Positions 38,325 to 46,787 of a stretch of DNA of 64,000 nucleotides are shown here, in pieces; within the stretch, counting starts at the first letter, position 1; every line of letters begins with the position of its first letter. Made by a program: the position numbers and the translations under genes. The stretch lies in the NCBI GenBank assembly GCA_964291405.2, contig OZ219926.1, positions 1-64,000 on the forward strand, read 5' to 3'. This stretch comes from Thermodesulfobacteriota bacterium (GTDB lineage Bacteria > Desulfobacterota > Binatia > Bin18). The notes under the pieces are model-generated. The model did no database searches. It worked only from the letters and a program-made list of their open reading frames with translations, and had not been told where the DNA came from.

Positions 38325-40592
38325 GTGAGGCCGACATCCACTCCGGTAGTCAAAGATTTGGTCCTGATTGGCGGTGGCCACAGTCATGTCACTGTGCTGA
38401 AACGCTTCGGCATGAAGCCGTTGCCGGGTGTACGCGTGACGCTGATTTGCCGCGATACGCACGCGCCGTATTCCGGCATGTTACCCGGCTATATTGCCGG
38501 GCATTATACCTTCGATCAGGCCCATATCGATCTTGGACCGCTGTCCCGGTTCGCTGGAGCACGATTTTTTCACGATGAAGTGATCGACCTGGACCTGACC
38601 AACAAGCAGGTTGTGTGTCGCACCCGGCCGCCCGTGGCCTATGATGCCTTGTCCATTAATATCGGGGCCACGCCCGCTGTCGCACATATACCCGGTGCCG
38701 GGCACACCGGTGTGGCCGTCAAGCCCATAGACGGTTTTTGGCGGCATTGGGAACAGCTCCGCGAGCGCTGTCTGGCCCGGACCGCACGCACGACAATCGG
38801 CGTTATCGGCGGTGGAGCCGGGAGCGTGGAACTCTTGCTGGCCGTCCAATATCGCCTCGAACGCCTGCTCGCCCAGCAAAACCGGTCGGCCGACCATCTC
38901 GTTTTCTACCTCATCAGCGGGACACAAGAGATTCTGCCGACCCACAACCCACGCGTCCGGGCCGCGTTTCGGCGTATTCTTAAGCAGCGTGGTGTCGAGG
39001 TCCGAACGGATTGTCTCGTCACCGGCGCTGCCGAAGGTTGTGTGCGTTTTGCCGATGGCACCCAACTCGCTCTGGACGAGATGCTGTGGGTCACCACGGC
39101 CGGTGCCGCTGGCTGGCCGGGAGAGGCCGGCCTGGCCACAGACGAGCAGGGTTTTATCGCAGTGCAGGACACGCTCCAGTCCGTTTCCCATCCCGAGGTC
39201 TTTGCCGCCGGAGATATTGCCGCGGTCGTCAACCATCCCCGCCCAAAATCCGGCGTGTTCGCCGTACGCCAGGGCCCGCCGTTGGCGAAGAATCTCCGCC
39301 GTTTCCTGCGAGGCCAAACGGTCAAAGCTTTTGCGCCGCAAAAACAGTTTCTGAGCCTGATCTCTACCGGAGACCAATATGCGGTGGCCTCACGGTCGCG
39401 CTGGGCGTGTGAGGGGAGATGGGTCTGGAAGTGGAAAGACTGGATCGACCGGCGCTTTATCCGCAAATACAATGAGCTACCGGATATGCCCGACGACGAG
39501 CCAGCCCAGGTAGAGCAGGGACTGGCCGATGCGCACGTCCTCAAAGAGATTTCCGCCTTTGCCATGCGGTGCGGCGGCTGTGGGTCCAAGATCGGCAGTA
39601 CCGTCCTGAACCAGGCTCTAGCGCGCCTTGAGCCGGTTGACCGCTCTGATGTCATTGTCGGCCTGCACGCGCCGGACGATGCGGCAGTGGTCACCGTCCC
39701 GCCCGGAAAAGCGATGGTGCAGACCGTTGATTTTTTCCGGGCCTTTATTGAAGACCCGTTTGTCTTCGGCCAAATCGCGGCCACCCACGCCCTGGGTGAT
39801 ATCTTTGCCATGGGCGCGGAGCCACAGACCGCCCTGGCCATGGTCACCATCCCGTACGGTTTGGAACACAAGGTGCAGGACCAACTCACCCAGCTCATGG
39901 CCGGGGCCTTGGAGGTCCTCAACCGGGAACATACGGCTCTGGTTGGCGGGCATACCAGTGAGGGCAGCGAACTGGCGCTTGGATTTGCCATCAACGGTCT
40001 GGCAAGTCAGGAGGCCGTGCTGAAAAAAAGCGGTATGCAACCGGGACAAGCCCTGATTCTGACCAAGGCGCTGGGAACCGGCGCGCTGTTTGCCGCAGAC
40101 ATGCGACACCAAGCCAAAGGCCGCTGGATCGAAGCCGCGCTCGTCTCCATGCGACAGTCAAATCGGGCCGGAGCAGACTGCCTGCGTCAGTACGGCGCAA
40201 CCGCCATGACCGACGTGACCGGATTCGGCCTGCTGGGCCATCTGGTCGAAATGGTCCGGGCCTCGGCCGTTGACGCGGTTCTCAATATGGAACGGCTGCC
40301 GATCCTGCCCGGTGCTCTGGAGGTCGTTCTGCAGGGTATTTTTTCGTCCCTACAACCGCAGAATATTCGGCTGCGGCGAGCCATTCGCGAGGTGGAGCGG
40401 GCGACCCAACACCCGTACTACGCTCTGCTGTTCGACCCGCAGACCGCCGGCGGACTCCTGGCCAGCATCCCGGCCGAGCAGGCCCGGGCGTGTATCCGGG
40501 AGCTTCAGGTTCTCGGCTATCAGGACGCGGCTATTATCGGCACGGTGCAGGCGCAGGGTGATGCGCTTGAGCCGATTACGCTGCAAGTATAA
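38325..40592 (+). CDS. selD: Selenide, water dikinase fused to an N-terminal NADH dehydrogenase-like flavoprotein domain
   Basis: GGGHSH, YSGMLPG and FAAGD (Ndh-like); [31 protein letters not shown] and DPQTAGGLL (SelD). Confidence 0.95.
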   Translation: MRPTSTPVVKDLVLIGGGHSHVTVLKRFGMKPLPGVRVTLICRDTHAPYSGMLPGYIAGHYTFDQAHIDLGPLSRFAGARFFHDEVIDLDLTNKQVVCRTRPPVAYDALSINIGATPAVAHIPGAGHTGVAVKPIDGFWRHWEQLRERCLARTARTTIGVIGGGAGSVELLLAVQYRLERLLAQQNRSADHLVFYLISGTQEILPTHNPRVRAAFRRILKQRGVEVRTDCLVTGAAEGCVRFADGTQLALDEMLWVTTAGAAGWPGEAGLATDEQGFIAVQDTLQSVSHPEVFAAGDIAAVVNHPRPKSGVFAVRQGPPLAKNLRRFLRGQTVKAFAPQKQFLSLISTGDQYAVASRSRWACEGRWVWKWKDWIDRRFIRKYNELPDMPDDEPAQVEQGLADAHVLKEISAFAMRCGGCGSKIGSTVLNQALARLEPVDRSDVIVGLHAPDDAAVVTVPPGKAMVQTVDFFRAFIEDPFVFGQIAATHALGDIFAMGAEPQTALAMVTIPYGLEHKVQDQLTQLMAGALEVLNREHTALVGGHTSEGSELALGFAINGLASQEAVLKKSGMQPGQALILTKALGTGALFAADMRHQAKGRWIEAALVSMRQSNRAGADCLRQYGATAMTDVTGFGLLGHLVEMVRASAVDAVLNMERLPILPGALEVVLQGIFSSLQPQNIRLRRAIREVERATQHPYYALLFDPQTAGGLLASIPAEQARACIRELQVLGYQDAAIIGTVQAQGDALEPITLQV

Positions 40593-40758
40593 GCCTTCAA
40601 GCAAGAGTTGTTAGGTGGGCTGAATATGTGTAGCCTGCGTCCAAAAGTACTGTTCAAGACTTCCATCGTTTCGAGACGGGATGAGGAAGCTTTCAGGTAT
40701 CCGATAGCAATACCGAGTAGCTGCCGACGGTGCAGATACAAGGCAATACGTCGATCTT

Positions 40759-42099
40759 ATGGAACAGATTAGGATAAAAAACTTTCGCTGCTTCCGCGAA
40801 GAGCAGACCGCACGCCTGGCACCCCTGACCCTGCTCATGGGAGAGAACAGCACCGGCAAAACCTCGTTCATGGCGCTGATCCGGGCGCTGTGGGATGTCT
40901 TCTACCGGTCCAGAGTTCCTGATTTTAAGGAAGAGCCGTATGACCTGGGCAGCTTCGATGAAATCGCCCATCATCGGGGAGGACGAGGGGGCCGTGCGGA
41001 TGCTTTTAAGGCGGGCTTTGACCTCGCTCTTGAAGATCGGGAGGGAGCAAGGGATGAACATGGCCACTTCGAGATAACTTTCGAAAAGAAAGGGACCGTG
41101 CCGGTTCCGGTGAGAAGATACCTTGCCTATAAAGATGTCTGGGTTGAAGAGCGACTCGAAGACTCACCTTATAACATTGGCTTCGGGATATCGAAGCGTG
41201 TCTGGAAACAGGAACTCACCAATATCGGGCGTATTCTTGCTGACACCGACGACGATACTCTGCTTCCCTTTTCTTCTCTTCTGCAGCGTTTACAATTGTT
41301 CTCCCAAGATTCCGACTCGCCCGGCTCACCTACCAATGAAGAGTGGAAACGAATCGAAAGACTTGCTGATCGTCTTAGATGGACGCTCTCCCGCCGTAGT
41401 TTCAACATCGGACCCTATGCCAGTGCTCCGGTCCGCTCCAAACCGCATCGAACCTATGACCCTGCACGCCCGACACGAGACCCCGTAGGCGACTACATTC
41501 CCATGTATCTCGCCAACATACATTTTCAAAACAAGGCAGAATGGAACGCTCTCAAAGACGCGCTCGAAGAATTTGGGAAAGAGGCTGGTCTGTTCGATGA
41601 AATCTCGATCAAACAGCTAGGGAAGAATGAAAGTGAGCCATTTCAGATCCAGGTCAGAAAATTCGGAAGCAAATCCAAGGGACCGCATCGCAATCTGATC
41701 GATGTCGGTTACGGTGTCAGCCAAGCACTGCCAGTCATCACCGAACTGCTGCGCCGCGACGCTCCGCCGATATTTCTGTTGCAGCAACCGGAAGTGCATC
41801 TCCACCCCAGTGCCCAGGCGGCCCTCGGAAGCCTATTCTGCCAGATCGCTGGACAAAAGCGGCAGCTCATAGTCGAAACGCACAGTGACCACCTGCTCGA
41901 TCGGGTGCGTATGGACGTGCGCGACGACAAGACGAAATTAAAGCCTGAAGACGTTTCCATCTTGTACTTTGAGCGTGACGATCTGGATGTTCGCATTCAT
42001 TCACTGCGATTTGATGAACAGGGAAACGTCTTGGACGCTCCGCCGAGCTACCGGCAGTTCTTCATGGAAGAGATGCGAAGGTCTTTATGGAAGAGATGA
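40759..42099 (+). CDS. ABC/AAA_21-type ATPase with DUF3696-like C-terminus
   Basis: IKNFRCF, Walker A GENSTGKT, signature VGYGVSQ, LLQQPEVHLHP and ETHS. Confidence 0.9.
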   Translation: MEQIRIKNFRCFREEQTARLAPLTLLMGENSTGKTSFMALIRALWDVFYRSRVPDFKEEPYDLGSFDEIAHHRGGRGGRADAFKAGFDLALEDREGARDEHGHFEITFEKKGTVPVPVRRYLAYKDVWVEERLEDSPYNIGFGISKRVWKQELTNIGRILADTDDDTLLPFSSLLQRLQLFSQDSDSPGSPTNEEWKRIERLADRLRWTLSRRSFNIGPYASAPVRSKPHRTYDPARPTRDPVGDYIPMYLANIHFQNKAEWNALKDALEEFGKEAGLFDEISIKQLGKNESEPFQIQVRKFGSKSKGPHRNLIDVGYGVSQALPVITELLRRDAPPIFLLQQPEVHLHPSAQAALGSLFCQIAGQKRQLIVETHSDHLLDRVRMDVRDDKTKLKPEDVSILYFERDDLDVRIHSLRFDEQGNVLDAPPSYRQFFMEEMRRSLWKR

Positions 42100-42119
42100 A
42101 GTTTACAGGGGGCTGAATA

Positions 42120-42611
42120 ATGTGTGCAATTGTTGACGCCAACGTAGCTCACGAGGTGTTCGGAGACAGCCCGCCGCCTGCAGCAGAGAAATTCTTTGAG
42201 TGGCTCGAAAGGGGAAGTCGCCGGCTGGTTGTTGGTGGCAAGTTGCTCAAGGAGCTTGAAGATACTTCGCCAGACTTCAGACGCTGGGGGCCGACGGCCC
42301 AACTTTCTGGAAAAATGATAACCGTGGATGAAAGAGAAGTTGAGGCGAAAACACAGCAAATCGAACGTGAGGGTGTAATCAAGTCAGATGACCCTCATGT
42401 TCTTGCCTTGGCCCAAGTCAGTGGAGCCCGGCTATTATATTCTAACGACCAAGACCTCAGCGACGATTTCAGAGATAGAAGGTTCATCGATAGACCGCAA
42501 GGGAAAGTTTATACAACACGCAGAGATAGAAATGCTCCTCCAGCGCAGGATAATACGAGATTCCGTTCTACCCATCGGGAGTTGTTAAAAAGGAATGTCT
42601 GCCCAATCTGA
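42120..42611 (+). CDS. PIN-like domain protein
   Basis: IVDANV, SDDPHVLALA and LYSNDQDL acidic triad pattern. Confidence 0.7.
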   Translation: MCAIVDANVAHEVFGDSPPPAAEKFFEWLERGSRRLVVGGKLLKELEDTSPDFRRWGPTAQLSGKMITVDEREVEAKTQQIEREGVIKSDDPHVLALAQVSGARLLYSNDQDLSDDFRDRRFIDRPQGKVYTTRRDRNAPPAQDNTRFRSTHRELLKRNVCPI

Positions 42612-42666
42612 TTGATTTCAGTCCAACTCGCCCTGCATCTGTAAATCCTAAGTCAAGGCTTCAAAC

Positions 42667-42839
42667 ACGCTCTGCTGTTCGACCCGCAGACCGCCGGCGG
42701 ACTTTTGGCCAGCATCCCAGCCGAGCAGGCCCAGGCGTGTATCCGGGAGCTTCAGACTCTCGACTATCAGGACGCGGCCCTTATCGGCACCGTACAAGCG
42801 CAGAGCGATGCGCTTGAGCCGATTACGCTGCAAGTATAA
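42667..42839 (+). repeat. Diverged direct repeat of the last 173 bp of selD (40420-40592)
   Basis: Colinear, same length, and ends in the same GCTGCAAGTATAA including the stop codon. Confidence 0.95.
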
Positions 42840-42890
42840 CCGCCTGTGTTACAATCCGGTCGGACCTGACAAATCACTGGAGGTGTCTGT

Positions 42891-43709
42891 ATGCTTCACG
42901 GTCTCTCGGCGATATTTTTATATTCAGCGCTATCGATATCTTTCGTTTTTGAGGGTGGTAGTACGGAAAAGATGGGAACAGGATTCTTTATCAAGAATGA
43001 ATCCAACTCCTTTTTTGTTACAAATAGGCATGTAATTAGTTGTGGAGAGAAATTGGGGAAAATTCAGCGTATTATCATTGAAGGCAAATCTGGCAGTGGA
43101 GAACCACAGTACAAGGATGACTTTGTTTTTGACGCCCATGAGTGGAACGTAGAATTCCCCGAAAATAACGATGACGACATTGCTGTTCTGTATGGAGTTA
43201 GTGGTCGGCAAGAAGGGCAGCCAGTTCTCATTGACAGGGAAATGCTTGTTACCGAGTCATACTTTGAAGATGAAGGCAACCTAGGCGTGTATGATTATGT
43301 CGCGGTACCTGGGTTTCATCCAGGGTACGATCCTACTACTAATCGACCTCTCTTTCGCGGCGGTAACATATCTAGCGATCCAAGGTACGGTCACTCTTTG
43401 CGCATCAAAACCAGATTCGATAATTGCGAGGAGAACTTCGAGAGCAAGTACTATAAAAACCTAGTTGTCTATGAGACTTTTTCCTATCCCGGATCGTCAG
43501 GAAGTCCGGTGTTTGCACTCCAGAAAGGTATAAAGCCAGGTAAAGGGCTATCTTTTCCCGCATATAGGCCAACGAAACTAATAGGCATTCAGTCTGTGAT
43601 GAGATCTACAAATCTAGGAAAACAGACAGGCTTACACCATAGTGGCCTTTCCTATTTCTTCAAATCCTCCGCAATCCTTGAAATCCTTGACTCAATTCCA
43701 AAGAGATAG
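42891..43709 (+). CDS. Trypsin-like serine protease, no clear signal peptide
   Basis: GTGFF, TNRHV, DIAVL and PGSSGSPV triad; low GC. Confidence 0.88.
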   Translation: MLHGLSAIFLYSALSISFVFEGGSTEKMGTGFFIKNESNSFFVTNRHVISCGEKLGKIQRIIIEGKSGSGEPQYKDDFVFDAHEWNVEFPENNDDDIAVLYGVSGRQEGQPVLIDREMLVTESYFEDEGNLGVYDYVAVPGFHPGYDPTTNRPLFRGGNISSDPRYGHSLRIKTRFDNCEENFESKYYKNLVVYETFSYPGSSGSPVFALQKGIKPGKGLSFPAYRPTKLIGIQSVMRSTNLGKQTGLHHSGLSYFFKSSAILEILDSIPKR

Positions 43710-43734
43710 TGCACGTAAGGGTAGGGCTGTCTTC

Positions 43735-43857
43735 TCACCGCTCCAATGCCGTCACAATCTCCCTAAAACGAGCAAGCCCGGACTCCAGGTTTTCAATGAT
43801 TTCGGTTGCCAGTTCATCGGGCTCAGGCAGATTATCGAAGTCGGCCAGACTTTTCCT
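43735..43857 (-). pseudogene. 3' remnant of a type I restriction-modification methyltransferase (HsdM)
   Basis: KSLADFDNLPEPDELATEIIENLESGLARFREIVTAL resembles the helical tail of HsdM proteins. Confidence 0.7.
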
Positions 43858-44606
43858 TATCGGACGTAGCGTCTGGATCGAGTACTGTTTGGAATGCGGG
43901 GCTGAAGTGCTCGCTGATTCCATATCCGCAAGGCGGAGATACACTTCTCACACTTGCAAGACCATGGATCGTGAAAGGACACTGTCATGATGATGCGATC
44001 CCAGATGAGAAACGCCCAGTAATGCCATTTACCAAAGGCCGCCTCTAAAACGCGAAAACGATAGTCAAAGATACCAGGATATCGGCCGTGCGTTTCATCA
44101 TTAGGAAGTTCTTTCATAGCTAGAAAATGGTCTGGGGGCTGCTCCGTTGGAGAAGTCTCGGTGCATTTGAGTTCGATATCTTCCGGTAGAATAGTGCTGT
44201 GATGGTGGAAATACAGGCCGCGTACGATTTTCCACGCTACTCGCGCTACACGGGTACCATCTTGACGCATTATGACGCGACCTGCTGGGAGATGTAGGCC
44301 GCTGGGCCGGGTTTCAAATTGGCGAAGTATTTTCTTCGCTAATTTCCGTTTCTTCGTACCCTTCCGAGAGTTCTCGAAAAATTGTTTGTATATGGCGTCT
44401 CCTGCCTCTGAGCCTAGTGCAAACGGAACCGTCGTTGCTATGAAATACTCCTCATCAGACGAGTAGAACGCGTTACAGTCTTTGTGAACCGGAATGGTGA
44501 TCAACTGGCTGAGGTTGTGTCGCTTCCTGATTTCTCGGGCGAACAGCGCCCGTGGCGGACAATGGTCATCACTATTATCTGGACGTGACAATGGATGGCC
44601 ACACAA
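43857..44606 (-). CDS. HNH-like Zn-binding hypothetical protein (start uncertain)
   Basis: The frame extends upstream to CYLCG; DHCPPRALF and PVHKDCN resemble an HNH core. Confidence 0.6.
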   Translation of the reverse strand: MCGHPLSRPDNSDDHCPPRALFAREIRKRHNLSQLITIPVHKDCNAFYSSDEEYFIATTVPFALGSEAGDAIYKQFFENSRKGTKKRKLAKKILRQFETRPSGLHLPAGRVIMRQDGTRVARVAWKIVRGLYFHHHSTILPEDIELKCTETSPTEQPPDHFLAMKELPNDETHGRYPGIFDYRFRVLEAAFGKWHYWAFLIWDRIIMTVSFHDPWSCKCEKCISALRIWNQRALQPRIPNSTRSRRYVR

Positions 44607-44698
44607 ATAGCAGAGTGTGGGATCCTTTTGACGGATTGATTCTTTCAGTCTGTTACCTCTTCTGCGCTCTTCGATGGTGTTGACTTGGCAGGCTCTAC

Positions 44699-44741
44699 AT
44701 CCCCTCTTGGGAGGGGTGCCGCGTCAGCGGCGGGGTGGGTT
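44699..44741. repeat. CCCCTC..GAGGGG-family repeat at the right edge of the accessory island
   Basis: ATCCCCTCTTGGGAGGGGTGCCGCGTCAGCGGCGGGGTGGGTT. Confidence 0.8.
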
Positions 44742-44750
44742 GTCCCCTAT

Positions 44751-45284
44751 TTACGTATAGGCTCTGAGAAAAAAGAAGACGAGCACGCCGGTGACCGAGA
44801 CGTAGAGCCAAATCGGGAAAGTGTAGCGCGCGATCTTCTTGTGGGACTCAAACTGTTTGCGGGCCGCATGGTAGAGCGTGGTGAAGACCAGGGGCAGGGC
44901 GACAATGGACAGCACGATGTGGCTGATCAGGATGAAAAAATACAGCAGCCGAATCGGTCCCTGGCCGGGAAAAGGGGTATCGCCATGAAAATGGTGATAC
45001 ACGATATAACTCACCAGAAAGAGGACTGAGAACACGAGCGCGGCCAGCATACAGCGTATATGCCTGTCCCGGTTGCCGCGCTTGATATTGACAAACCCGC
45101 CGATCAAACAGCAGGCGCACAGCGCGTTAAAACAGGCGTTGGCCGCCGGGAGGTAGGTCACCCACTCTCCCTCTGCCGTGGCCGCCGGCTTATAGTAAAT
45201 CAACCAGATCAAAAATCCGCTCAGGAGCAAGCCGAGGAGCAAAAACCAGGAAAACGGGTTGCGCGTCACGACCGGTGTTGGCAT
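44751..45284 (-). CDS. DUF420 family membrane protein
   Basis: FLVSYIVYH, ILISHIVLS and HKKIARYTFPIWLYVSVTGVLV motifs. Confidence 0.92.
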   Translation of the reverse strand: MPTPVVTRNPFSWFLLLGLLLSGFLIWLIYYKPAATAEGEWVTYLPAANACFNALCACCLIGGFVNIKRGNRDRHIRCMLAALVFSVLFLVSYIVYHHFHGDTPFPGQGPIRLLYFFILISHIVLSIVALPLVFTTLYHAARKQFESHKKIARYTFPIWLYVSVTGVLVFFFLRAYT

Positions 45285-45394
45285 GGGCTCGAAGCTAACG
45301 AGGGAAGGGATGGAGATCAAGTCTCCGCGTATCGCGCCCGCCGCACTATTCCGCTAGAATGCCGCACCACCAGAACAAAGCGAAGGAGGACGGT

Positions 45395-46180
45395 ATGCAG
45401 TTTGTCAGTCTGGAAGAAGCCAAGCAGGCATCGGGTCTGCGCCTGACGTTTGTGGCCAATGCGCCGAGCCCGTGGGGAGAAGCGATCAAGGGTATGCTCA
45501 AGACCAAGAATATTCCCTATACCGCCACGCTCTATATGCCCGGTGACCCTGCGGCCAATAAGGGCCTGGTGGAGTGGACGGGCGAAGATAGCGCGCCGTC
45601 CGCCATGTATGAAGACGAAGCGCCCCGGTCCGGCTGGGCGGAGATCCTGCTCCTGCTCGAACGCCTCCAGCCCGAGCCCAGCCTCATTCCGGCTGACCCG
45701 GAGCAACGCGCGCTGATGTTCGGGCTCTCGTATGAAATCTGCGGCGAAATGGGCCTGGGCTGGTCCACTCGTCTCATGATGTGTGATGCCGCCATAGACC
45801 CGAATGTCGACTATCCGATTCCGGCCGAGATGGGCCACTATCTTGGGGCGAAATACGGCTATCGGCCCGGCATCGGCCCGGAGGCGACCAAACGGGTGAC
45901 CGACATACTGACCCTCCTGTCTGCCCGCCTCAAAGCCGAGCAGGCAAAGGGCAACCGCTTCCTCATGGGTGAACACGTCACGGCCCTGGACTTCTACTGG
46001 GCCACGTTTTGCGCTCTGATGAAACCGCTGCCACCCGAGCACTGCAATATCATGGAGGTGTTGCGCGCGGCCTTAGAGTTCCCCAACCCGGCGATTGAAA
46101 AAGCGCTCGACCCCGCCCTGATCGAGCATCGGGACTTTATGTATAACGAGTACCTCGGGCTGCCCATGGTGCTTTCGTAA
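45395..46180 (+). CDS. Glutathione S-transferase-like protein
   Basis: SPWGEAIKGML, LERLQPEPSLIP and FLMGEHVTALDFY motifs, RBS AAGGAGG. Confidence 0.8.
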   Translation: MQFVSLEEAKQASGLRLTFVANAPSPWGEAIKGMLKTKNIPYTATLYMPGDPAANKGLVEWTGEDSAPSAMYEDEAPRSGWAEILLLLERLQPEPSLIPADPEQRALMFGLSYEICGEMGLGWSTRLMMCDAAIDPNVDYPIPAEMGHYLGAKYGYRPGIGPEATKRVTDILTLLSARLKAEQAKGNRFLMGEHVTALDFYWATFCALMKPLPPEHCNIMEVLRAALEFPNPAIEKALDPALIEHRDFMYNEYLGLPMVLS

Positions 46181-46218
46181 CACGACCGGGAGACACGAGC
46201 GTCTCCCGCTTCATTTCC

Positions 46219-46707
46219 ATGCCCATCCCCGAACGGTATAACCGCGGCTACAACCTTGGCGTTGGCGGCGCGGTCGTGCGTGACAGCCGTCTGCTGCTCG
46301 TGCGCCGGGCCTCACGACGGGGCAGGGGGAACTGGCAGGTGCCGGGTGGCTTTGTCGAGCCGGACGAAACCATTGAGCAGGCCGTTGTCCGTGAGGTCCG
46401 GGAGGAAGCCGGCGTGACCGGAGAGGTGCAGGGCGTCATCGGGCTGCGGAATCGGTGTGATTCCGACATCGGCAACAGCCTGTACATCGTCCTGCTGATG
46501 AAACCGCTGAGCGGTGAGCCGCAACCCGATATGGAAGAGGTTGACCGCGCCGAGTATCTGACCCTGGAGCAGATTGAGCAATTGGAGCAGGTGCCGCCCA
46601 TTAACAGGGAGATCGCCAGCCGCGTGCTCTCCCAGGAAAAATGCCTGCTGGCCCCGCAAGAGCTGATTCATCTGAACGGCAAACCCTACACACTCTTTGT
46701 TGGGTAG
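46219..46707 (+). CDS. NUDIX hydrolase
   Basis: Nudix box GGFVEPDETIEQAVVREVREEAGV. Confidence 0.95.
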   Translation: MPIPERYNRGYNLGVGGAVVRDSRLLLVRRASRRGRGNWQVPGGFVEPDETIEQAVVREVREEAGVTGEVQGVIGLRNRCDSDIGNSLYIVLLMKPLSGEPQPDMEEVDRAEYLTLEQIEQLEQVPPINREIASRVLSQEKCLLAPQELIHLNGKPYTLFVG

Positions 46708-46768
46708 TTTCCACGCCTCGATATTGCTCCTATCATATTGGAGAATAGTGAGCTGTAGTCAAAAACGA
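46705..46768 (+). repeat. Direct repeat copy 1 flanking the spondin gene
   Basis: TAGTTTCCACGCCTCGATATT...TAGTCAAAAACGA. Confidence 0.85.
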
Positions 46769-46787
46769 GTATGCTGGCTCTCTCAAT

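Noticed and set aside
42648-42833. Small ORFs 42648-42833 and 40350-40604
   Set aside because: Antisense translations of the selD 3' end and its duplicate.
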